From Neophaeotheca triangularis (taxonomy: Eukaryota): a DNA stretch of 55,680 nucleotides. The notes under the pieces were generated by a model. That model saw only the letters and a list, made by a program, of their open reading frames with translations, ran no database searches and was not told the origin of the DNA. The DNA lies in the NCBI GenBank assembly GCA_054600435.1, contig BAAIJX010000087.1, positions 1 to 55,680 on the forward strand, read 5' to 3'. Position 1 is the first letter of the stretch; each line of letters begins with the position of its first letter. Shown here one piece after another: positions 10,162 through 19,800 of the stretch. The translations under genes and the position numbers were made by a program.

Positions 10162-11922
10162 TCACCACCCTCCAACCTCCTCCAAGTCAACCCAAAGCCC
10201 ACCCCGAGGCTTAGAAGTAATGCCCCCCTTGACCTCCAACTCCCCCCTCGCCAGCGGACTCCCCTCCTCAAACCGCGTCTCAAACCTCCCCACCCACCCC
10301 GCCAATAAACAAGCAAACTCAGCAACGGCAAACCGCTGCCCAATACAACTCCTCGGGCCGTGCAAAAAAGTCAAAAAACTATAATTACTCTCCGCGCCAC
10401 CATGGTTGTTACTCGTGCCATCGGCATCGAGCCAGCGCTCGGGCTTGAACTCCGTAGCATCCGCTCCCCACAGCGCGGTGCAATTGTTGATGGCCCAGGG
10501 GGAGATGACAACGTCCGTGCCGGCCGGTATGGGTTGCGAGTGCAGTTGCGTGGGCCGGCAGGCTGTGCGCATTGTCATTGGTACGGGCGCCCAGATTCGG
10601 AGCACTTCGCTGCAGACGGCTTGCAGGTAGTGGCAGGTGTCGAGCTGGGAGGAGGTTATCGGGGTTGTGGGGGAGGGGAGGTGGGAGCGGATGGCGTTGC
10701 GGAGTTTTTGTTGGATCGACGGGTGTCGGCACAAGAGGTAGAGGGCCCAGGTCATGGCTGTGGCGGTTGTTTCGTGGCCTGCGATAAGGAAGGTCACTGG
10801 GAGGGAGAGGTTAGTTGAGGGGGTGATTGGTGGTGTGGGGGGGTCGACCTCACTCATTTGGTTCACGAGGTCTTCGTCGTCGAAACCCCCGCTCTCCATT
10901 GCTACGGAGAGGATGTCTTTCCCTACACGGTCTTTCTCCGCCATGGCTCTGCGCTTGTTTGCGATCAAGTCGCGACAAGTCTGCTTTATGTACTCGGAAC
11001 TAGCCTCCAACTCCCCATTTCGCTTAACGGGGAGGTTTCGTACAACCCAGGTCGGAAGGAATATGCTGGCGACTTGCAGGATTTTGGCCATTCGCGAGGG
11101 GTTCACGACCATGCGGTAAGTATGGCTGAGTTTGTTGTTGGGGTCTTGCAAGGCACCAAAGTCTTGACCCATGCCCGATAGCCCGATGATGTCGAGAGTT
11201 GCTCGAGAAACCCATTCGCCTACTTCGATGACGCCGGGGGCATGTCTTTTGGCGTCTGGGGCTTCTTTTTCGAGGTCCGAGAGGTTTTCGCCCTTTTCGA
11301 AAGTCGGCGCTGTTGCTTTTGAGGCGAGTGATAAGCAGTCCAGCAGTTCCCTCGACTTGTCCCAGAAGACCGGATACAGCTCCTTGACGTGTCGGAAGGC
11401 GAAAGCCGGCATGAGCATCTTGCGCTGGAGTTTGTGCTCATCGCCTTCCGCGAACAAGATACCGATGCCCAAAATCCTGCCGACGCCATTCTTGAAATGC
11501 GGCGGTTTGGTGAAGTCGTAATTCCTAGTCACCAGAAGCTCGGCCAATACCTTTGGGCTGGTGACTAGCAGACGCTCGCGAAACCAAGACGAGTAGCGGA
11601 TCAGACCGTCATTGGGGACGGTCTCGACCCAGTCTTGCATTGGCCGGCCCGAGGGCTCTTTGAGAATGCGCTTGCTTGAGCCATAGATGAAGTGTTCCTC
11701 GGGGTTTGGTAGGTGGCGAAGTGGGCTGAAGTAGTGGCGGTAGAGGACGCAGCTGTATACAAAGTAGGTGCTGTAGAGGAGGGTGAATATCAAAAAGACT
11801 GTAAGGCTGGATCGAAGTGCGTATTCCGGGTAATATCTGAGAAGAGCAAAGGAGGATACTGCGGTCGCCGCCACGACCTTTTGGAAAGGCGGTATCCGCA
11901 TGTTCACTAGTCGGTCGCTCAT
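10162..11922 (-). CDS. Cytochrome P450 monooxygenase. Exons 11922-10854, 10796-10162
   Basis: N-terminal TM anchor, I-helix AGHETT, EVLR (ExxR), PERW and heme motif FLHGPRSCIG. There is a 57-nt in-frame intron at 10853-10797 (GTGAG...CTAAC...CAG). Confidence 0.95.
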   Translation of the reverse strand: MSDRLVNMRIPPFQKVVAATAVSSFALLRYYPEYALRSSLTVFLIFTLLYSTYFVYSCVLYRHYFSPLRHLPNPEEHFIYGSSKRILKEPSGRPMQDWVETVPNDGLIRYSSWFRERLLVTSPKVLAELLVTRNYDFTKPPHFKNGVGRILGIGILFAEGDEHKLQRKMLMPAFAFRHVKELYPVFWDKSRELLDCLSLASKATAPTFEKGENLSDLEKEAPDAKRHAPGVIEVGEWVSRATLDIIGLSGMGQDFGALQDPNNKLSHTYRMVVNPSRMAKILQVASIFLPTWVVRNLPVKRNGELEASSEYIKQTCRDLIANKRRAMAEKDRVGKDILSVAMESGGFDDEDLVNQMSEVDPPTPPITPSTNLSLPVTFLIAGHETTATAMTWALYLLCRHPSIQQKLRNAIRSHLPSPTTPITSSQLDTCHYLQAVCSEVLRIWAPVPMTMRTACRPTQLHSQPIPAGTDVVISPWAINNCTALWGADATEFKPERWLDADGTSNNHGGAESNYSFLTFLHGPRSCIGQRFAVAEFACLLAGWVGRFETRFEEGSPLARGELEVKGGITSKPRGGLWVDLEEVGGW

Positions 11923-12124
11923 GTTCGCCGGGATGTGTGGCGTTGGTACGAGGATTGGCCTCGTGGCGTGGCAATGGATAGCTGGTGCAACGAGGTTCTA
12001 ATCGGAGAAACCAGGGAACAGTAAATATTTTACCGGTGTCTCCAGGCAGCCGTAGAGGTATAACGTTACTTGAGTTTCGAGACCATCGAACGGTTTGGTT
12101 TGTTGATGTTTCCGACAACGAACG

Positions 12125-13300
12125 ATGATGGTCAGAGTTGATGGGCGCTGCCGAGGCATCATCACAAATTCGACTCGTTTAATTCGACTTCACTCCTTCC
12201 ACGCTAAACCCTTCTTGGTTCGGGCAGCTTCTAAGCGAGACGTGAAGACACTACTTGACTACTACATGACTAGGTACCTCGTTTTAACAGACGTTGCCGA
12301 ACAGCGGCACAAAAGCAGCTTCTACAACGTCTGGGAAGATACGACGGAGGTAGCGCTGTTGATAACCAGCTCAAATCGATTCCAACCAACACCCATTTGG
12401 GATGTGCAAAAGAAAGCCGAGGCTCCGGGGAAATGCTTATTGTGCAAAAACTCGGAGCCCGTAGAACATGGAAACAATTACCACAGACAGTGAGATCGCT
12501 GGACATCACATCACTTCCGTCTTGGGACTGAGTAGCAGATGCTCAGGCGGAGAGTTCTAAAAGAGGAGTATTTTCCAGTCTTGCAGCCAAAACAAACAGT
12601 AGCTCTCTCACACCCCTCGCTATCGCTGCAACCGGACCACAGTGAAAGATCAAAGTAGCATCCGATACCTCTTTTCCGCAGAGATCTTGGATCCTCAAAA
12701 CCTATTCTTCGAACTCAAACTCGACTGCGACATGCAGACGGTTCCACACAGCCTTCCGAACAGCCAAGCGAAGACCCTTCTGCTCGAAGCAGGATGCCAG
12801 TCGCCAGGAGTTTTATGAGAAGCTGTAGGCTTACACCATCGAGAGAGCACTGCAATTCCATAGACACGAGATAAAACGACAACTACCGTTTGACGAGTTG
12901 TGAGAAAGTGAGGAGAGATCGGGCAGCGGGCTGTCCTCGGCATTGAGCCGTCAAGACATGCCTCCATTGACTTGAGCTCGATATCTCGCCGAAGGTCGAG
13001 CCAGTCTTGAAGACAGGACCATGCTCACTGGAGCGTCATCTTATTCATTGAAAACAGCTATGCCTGATATTCAATATGGCTTTGGGAGAAGGACTTCTCA
13101 TATCCGCAATTGCGACAGAGCGACAAAAACGATGCGCAGCGCATCCCCTCCGCTGCTTTGCAGATATGCTTACTTTGTCACCTCGCATGAGAGGTAGACA
13201 GATGGCACCAGACCGACGCATCGCTGTAGAATTGCCCATGAGATGCTCTATCTGGCAATCGAGCTGAATTAGGGGGAGTTTGCTGTTGTCAGACAGGCTG
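12125..13300 (+). pseudogene. Possible highly decayed ankyrin-repeat gene remnant
   Basis: Ankyrin-like fragments are scattered across frames and broken by stops: PFLVRAASKRDVKTLL (~12210), LTPLAIAATG (~12610), IRYLFSA, KTLLLEAGC (~12775). Boundaries are uncertain. Confidence 0.25.
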
Positions 13301-13726
13301 CCCCCCTTTTCAGTTTTCTTCTTTTTGCTTGCCTCCGTCAGATTGTCCGATGAGTCAAAGGGCATGCTACTATATTGTTCCCTACGAAGTTCTTCTGGGG
13401 TGCTTTCTTGCAAGCCTCCACGCGGCTTAGGGCTCGCTATCAATAGCCAGAGGGAAGCTATTCGCAGACAACAGGAAGGACGCCATATACTGGACGACCC
13501 ATTTCCATCACACCTTACCGATCCTATACCCATTCAATGGATGTCGAGTGGTCATATATAAGTGTGAAGACGGTGACAAGATTTGCCGCGCTATTGCTTG
13601 GCGTTCACCTTCGCGGACCCGTCACTACAATCAATACGCATAATATGCCATACTTCTGGCTTGCAACACGCTCTACCTATTCCCGAATCACGCAATCTCG
13701 GTCAATAACAACAGTCTCTTGCAAAT

Positions 13727-14677
13727 ATGCAGTCTAGTCCTGAAAAGCCACAGCACGCCAGGAAGGATTCTCACCTCGACGGCCGTTCGCCTGATGAAAC
13801 TGAGATTATATATCCAACAGCCTCATCTGACTATTTTCGCTCCCCAACACGACTACAAAAGCCTCAACCCGACCCCATCGTACATCCTACGGAGCAAATA
13901 CCCCCGTACATACCACCACACCGACGCCCGGACACAAGGAGAGCCGCTCGTCCCCCTTCAATTACACTCGAAACCAAACTTGCGCAGCCCACTGATTATG
14001 GACGGCCAGCGAGATCCAAAGCTGCAAAGCACCTGGAGAGCCGATTTCTGGGCAAAGTTCTCACGACCGACTGGCGCTCCCGCGAGCTAGCTGATTCGCG
14101 GCGGGCTGCGAAAGAAGCCAAAATCGCCGACGACGTGGACAGTGATATCGCACTACTCCCTGGTTCGGATCTTTCTTCGATCGTTGAGCGCCGAAAACGC
14201 ATCATCGCGCCAGGGACAATCATCTTCGCCTACGACATACGCAAGGTCGACTTATCAACCTCGGCCGGCGGCAAGCTTGGAGAGGGCTACGAGATCTTCG
14301 AAGAAGGCGGCGAAGCCTACAAGCGCAAGCCACGCTACTGGGCCGTATTTAAAACGCAGGAAGAAGGCATTGAAGCCCGAGGCATCTTCACGAATGGCAA
14401 CACCGGGCTTCGAAACACCCCTGCGCACAAATCAAGGGACCTTTTGTCCATTCGCCCACCTTGGGCAAGCGCAAACAACTTTGAGAACCAAAGCCCCGGA
14501 AACCCTGTTCTCAGCATGACTCGGCCGAAAGGGTGGCCGACTGCGAACTTGAGGGCAACGATGGTCGTCGACGTTGGCAAACCGTATTGTATCGATTGGA
14601 CTGCGGAAGAGGTCAGGCTAGTCGGCTGGCTTACCGAAGAGTCTACGGAGACTTTCATCGGATTTGGCACCTCCTGA
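13727..14677 (+). CDS. Hypothetical protein: disordered Pro/Arg-rich N-terminal half plus a ~150-aa beta-rich C-terminal domain (DUF6590-like / PemK-MazF-like motif pattern)
   Basis: Uninterrupted 316-aa ATG-initiated ORF. The C-terminal motifs are PGTIIFA...KPRYWAVF...ARGIFTNGNTGL...MVVDVGKPYCIDW...RLVGWL. Confidence 0.7.
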   Translation: MQSSPEKPQHARKDSHLDGRSPDETEIIYPTASSDYFRSPTRLQKPQPDPIVHPTEQIPPYIPPHRRPDTRRAARPPSITLETKLAQPTDYGRPARSKAAKHLESRFLGKVLTTDWRSRELADSRRAAKEAKIADDVDSDIALLPGSDLSSIVERRKRIIAPGTIIFAYDIRKVDLSTSAGGKLGEGYEIFEEGGEAYKRKPRYWAVFKTQEEGIEARGIFTNGNTGLRNTPAHKSRDLLSIRPPWASANNFENQSPGNPVLSMTRPKGWPTANLRATMVVDVGKPYCIDWTAEEVRLVGWLTEESTETFIGFGTS

Positions 14678-14948
14678 AGGCCGTCGTCTGCCAAAGAACC
14701 TTCGTAGCGCAAACAATGCCGCTGCGAAGCGATCGTCATCTGCTCGACGTGGGCCCCGGAGGGACATACGAAATTGGATATATGGGTGGCAGTGGCGTGG
14801 GCGTAGAGGTCGAGTCGCCACAGATTGCTGAATGTAGAATAGCGGCAGGAGATACCCAGCGTACAGTTGTTTGTCGAGATAGCGGGGACTGATATATTTA
14901 AAGCGCGGGTGAGGGGGGGTATCCAGGCCTGTACGGTTTAGACTTGAT

Positions 14949-16539
14949 CTACTCAATTTCCTCGAACCTCCCCTCGTCCTTGGCCTGCTCGACAGGATTC
15001 TTAACGTCCACTACCCCTGTTGCCTTCAGCCGCTCAAACAGCACAAAAAGCCTCTCGGCCTCCCTTTCCTTCTCCTCCTCGGTCATAGGTTGGCCTTCCT
15101 CCTTGGGGGCGTCTCTTTCCTCCGCGCTAAGCTTCTGCCCGGTGATGGGATTTATATCCTCCTGAACCCCGGTACTCGCTCTGCTCTTGTCATCGGGGCC
15201 CTGCTTTGGAACAGGGATATCGCGTGAATGCAGAAAGCCAGCAGCGTAGCCGTATCCGATGTTCTGGACGAATTTGTTAGGATCACTATCACTAAGCTCG
15301 AACAGTAAAGCAGCGATGTTCTCGCTTAGCGTCGGCACGTATGGGGAAACAGTGAGACGGAGCAAGTGGGAGGCAAGGGAGTCGTCTTGGCCGAGGACTT
15401 TGTCGCGGGATCGATTTGAAGGCGTAAGGCGGTGGCGCATGAGACTTTTGACTGAAGGAGGCGCGGCTTCGTGAATCTTGCGCAGAAGGGTGCAGAGCGG
15501 TGCAGCGGCGGTCTCCAGATCACGCTCGGACGTGTGGCGGACCGCTTGCTCGAGAATTGAGAGGAGATGGTCGATTACGGAATTGGCATCGTCTACGGGA
15601 AAGAGCGGGTTCGGTTTCTCGGAAGAGTCGGAAGGCCCTTCGAGGTTGAGATTGAGAAGGGCGTTGAGCATTTGGCTGATAGGCGCTTGAAGTGGCGGAT
15701 GAGGAAGAGGGTGGTTCATTATTAATTTGATCAACGGCTCGATGGCGGAATCAAAGTCGGGTATCAGACCCTTGTTACGATAAGTGATGTTGAAGAGAAG
15801 CTTCAAGGTTTCCACCATCGCCATTCCGCTGATGGGTGAGCCATCTTTCCTCCTGGTGCCGGAGAGCGTTGCGGTTTCCCTCGAGTGGCGGACGATTTGT
15901 TCACCAACACTAGTGGCCAGTGCGTGGTTGCGCACGAGATCATTGAAGTCGGCAGTAGTGTTGTAAGTGAGCAAGAATAGTATCCTTGATATGACGAATT
16001 CGTCGTCCCTATCGTTGGACTTGAGGCGTCTAGCTGCTTTCGGGGTGAAGCCCTCGTCCACAAAGATCTGGCGGCAAGGTTCGTTCAAGAGGAAGGCGTT
16101 GGCAAGGCATCGCAGCGCCTCTTTCGAAGCGTTGTTGCTGTCAAAGTCAAGACCGTATCTCGAGAGCGTGGTGATTCCCTTTTGGGATGTCAGTGTCATG
16201 TAGTGCCACCTTCAAAAGCCCTATTAATTCTGACGCTTACATCTTTGGTGAATATTGGTGTAGCTGTACGAGGGTCGCGGCCGAAGACCTTCACTTGGCC
16301 TAGTAAGATCTCCTGTTCTACGATCTGAAGTCAGATAAGGAAAAACGCAATTGTGACCTCCGACATACTAGTACCTACGCTTCAACGAGAGCCGGGCTTC
16401 GTGTAAATTGCTCTTCAGCTGCTGCAAGAGGCGGTCGACTTGGGTGATATCTTGGTTCCGGTCAGCTTTTTGTTCGCATTGAGCTGTTGAGCGACTTCAG
16501 GAGTATCTCACTAGTGTCACCAGTGGTAATATTCGCCAT
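14949..16539 (-). CDS. RIC8: Ric8/synembryn G-alpha guanine nucleotide exchange factor and chaperone. Approximate exons 16539-16512, 16450-16379, 16317-16241, 16178-14949
   Basis: Hallmark motifs NIGYGYAAGFL, INPITGQ and MTEEEKEREAERLFVLFERL. The upstream exons splice to give KVFGRDPRTATPIFTKD|GITTLSRY and EALRCLANAFLL. Confidence 0.93.
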
Positions 16540-16659
16540 GTTCGAAACCGCAAGCCCACAGTAAGGTGTTTCTGGGTGACCCTGGCTTAGGTGCTCTACC
16601 CTGCGGCAAAGACTCGAGGTCGCCCAGTTGGCTCGTGAGGTTCATGCCAAGCTTCAGGG

Positions 16660-16708
16660 AAAAACGCGCTAGTGCCACTTTAAGCGGAGTCGCGTCTGCT
16701 CGCGTCGA
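16660..16708. promoter_or_regulatory. Cluster of CGCG (MCB-like) elements in the ~330-bp divergent RIC8/RIF1 promoter
   Basis: AAACGCGCT (~16662), TCGCGTC (~16690) and TCGCGTC (~16700). RIF1 orthologues are plausible MBF (G1/S) targets, but function here is inferred only. Confidence 0.35.
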
Positions 16709-16869
16709 GATTGGTGTCTGTGCGCACATACGCTACAGCAACCACTCCTACAATCCATGGATGCTATTATGCGCATGTCTCCTACCAAATCTTGACCTTT
16801 TTTACTTGTTCAGACTCTCAATATCGTTCCGGATGCTTTTCTGGTACCATCTTGACGTTTGGTCCTAAT

Positions 16870-19800
16870 ATGGGGCCTCCTTCCGCGCTCGAGAAGCTAC
16901 CAGAACGGCCACCAACCCCTCCAAGAGACACCACAAAAGACGTCGAAGATGCCCTCGACTTCCTAGAGGACAGCAATGAGATAGATCGAGCTATTAAGTC
17001 CAAAGCAACGGCACCTGCACCAGTATCAGCAACAGGCTCTCACACACCCGCAAGAGCTTCGCCTGTGGTTTCGTTGCAAGAACCAGCGCCGACAAATTCC
17101 GCGGCCACGAAGAAGGTCGACTTTTCGCCGTGGACGGAAGTATATCGCGACCCCCCGCATCTAGGGCAACATCAGACACCAACACGAAGAGGCATCAAAC
17201 CTTTGAAATCTATCTTGAAGCTATCGACGCTCCCTCCCCCGCTCACCCCAGACGGAGCCGAGAAGGGCTTGAGCTACTTCTCCCCGAAAGAGCCAGGAAG
17301 CTTTGAAAAAATGCTCAAATCGGTACTACAGCAGTTGGCGAGCACATCAGTATCAGCACGACTGGACGCATATCTTGCAATCAATGGAGCCCTCAAAGCC
17401 TACGACAACCTGCCCGAGCCGAAGGCGTTCGAGCAGAACATGGACCAGATCATGCGGTTCGTCATGAGAGACGTTGTTTGGAAAGACGAGAGCGGGAAAT
17501 TGGACACAAACATCGTGACACAATCTTTGAAACTGGCTTGTGCAATTGCATGTGATGAAAAGCACTCCAAGGCCATCAACGACGAATTCCGTGCGTTCCT
17601 CGTCGACAAGGCCATCGTGGCGATGGAAGGTACAGACGTATCAAAAGCCATCGTCAAAACGCAAATGTTTTTGGTCGCTCAGCAGCGGTTTTCAGCTTCA
17701 GTATGGACACCGTCGCGTGCTGAGAGATGCATTACAGCTCTAAATACTATCGACAGCAAAGTGAATGGCAACAATGTGATAGCTACGAGGCTGGTGATCT
17801 ACCAGCGCCTGCTGAGCCAAGCACGACAAGTCATGCTCAATCGTATTCGGGACTGGCTGGACCATATCTTTCACGCAATGCTGAGTAGCGTCAAGGAAGT
17901 GCGGGTACGAGCGATTGAAACAGGGAGGAAGGCTGCACTGGATCTCGGAACACACTACGCCGCTTCGAAAAGCTTGTCAGACATGATGAGCACTCAAGTG
18001 GAGGAGGGCCAAAGCTACTGCGACTACCTGAGCTTGAGGCTGCAGCAAATGATCGACGATAAGGAGATGAACATCTACGTTCCGCAGATTTGGGCTGCTA
18101 CCATCTTATTCTTCCGGAACAAGAAGGTGCCGCTGGAATTCTGGCCAGGCTTCAAGACTTGGCTAAAGATCATGTCAAAATGCTTGAACAGGAAGGAAGA
18201 AAGGTTCATGCGGTACAGCATGCTTGGTTGGAACAAGCTGATCTACGTGGTGCAGCCCGACAAGTCAACCATTGAGAACATGTCAGGGCTAATTGCAACA
18301 CCGACTGCCCAAATGCTTCAAAACTCCTGCAGAGATTTGAAGTCCAAGAAGCTTCGACCTATCATCCTGGAAGGGTACTACAACTTGCTGCACTACGCCC
18401 TCCGCCCCGGCCTTGAATTCGAATCACTCGACAAAGCATGGGATCGGTACGTGGAACCTGCTCTGCTAGGCCTTGCCAAGCTAGGAAGCGCAGGGCGAAG
18501 TAGTGTGTGTCGCATTTTACATGGCCTGTTGATCGCCAATGATGGCGTGTGGAACTCCGACGCCGCACTCAAGGACACCATGCCAGAGAACACGGGTGAT
18601 GGCGACATGTCTGCAGAGAACGCTTTGTTCAGACCCGACGAACTTCCCATGCTCCCTGTCAAATGGGTCCGCACTCGTCTGGCGAAGATCTTCAAGATTG
18701 TAGAGCCTTGCCTCCAGTCAAGCTTCTGGAAGCCGGTCGATGCTTGCGCCGATACAGACGCTGCGTGGCAGGCTCTGATGCAAGCGATTTCCGAGGCCGG
18801 GCGACAAGAAGTCAAGACTTCACAGGAATTAAAGGAAGCAATAGCTTTGCTTGTCAAGATGTTTCGCAGTCTATGGACCTCGCCCCGACCGAAGCCAGAC
18901 GAAGCCGACGACAGCGACTTCGTACGACGAGTTGGTGGCCTTTTTGACACGACTGTCGACGCCCTCGGAGCTTCCGTCTTCACTGAGGATATACTGGCTC
19001 GTACTCGACAAGACGATATCGAAGCTGCCCCGACTCCTTCTCATCGATCTTCAAAGCATCATGTGTCTTTGCAGTCACCTCTCGTGTTCTTGTTGGGGCT
19101 GCTGCTCCAGCCTACCTTCAAGCCTTGCGAACAATACTACGAGATAGTGTACAAGTTGCTTGCAAAGATGTGCGGAAGCAAGACGTCAGAGGCCGCCAAA
19201 GTGGAGCTTCTACGTCGGTGTTGGCAGTCCGTGTCGAAGACCTATGGCGATAAAGTGCCTCCTACAATGCTCTCTGCGATCTGGCAACAGGTCGCAAGGT
19301 GTTCCACCTACGTGCTCAGGCCTGTAGCCGAAGGACCTGTTGCAACTCATGGACTTCATGGGCTCAAGTCAGAAATTGACAATCTACTCACTATCATTAA
19401 TGACGGCCTAAAGTACACTGAATCGGACATGGCCGCCCTTGACCCCTTCCTGGCTCTGTACACAGCGACTGCCGCCTTGGCCCAGAACGAAGCCGGCAAT
19501 GGCGCTTTGGTCTATGCTGTGGCGGAGCCATTTGCTAAAACCTTCAGGACCAAAGGGACAGCTGTTGTCCAGACTTCTACTATGCAGGTAGCTCAAAGAG
19601 TCCTGGAGACAGCACCGTGGGTGCCATCCAAGCAAGCGCTGGAGCAGGGTCGGCGAGCATTGCTAGGCGTAAGCTTGCCCCCCAACAAGGCACCTTACAA
19701 CCCTTTTGAGAACGTCTTTGCGATGATCACAGATCTGTTAGTCCGAACCTACAGCGGGTCGCTTGAGGTCCGGGCTTTGCATGAGGTGGTGAATTTTGTT

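Noticed and set aside
10162..11922. P450 as part of a secondary-metabolite cluster
   Set aside because: No PKS, NRPS, terpene synthase or cluster regulator in the window; neighbours are housekeeping genes.
16711..16869. ORF-track N-terminal extension of RIF1 from a TTG
   Set aside because: Non-ATG start in promoter/UTR-like sequence; the ATG at 16870 precedes the conserved RPPTPP motif.
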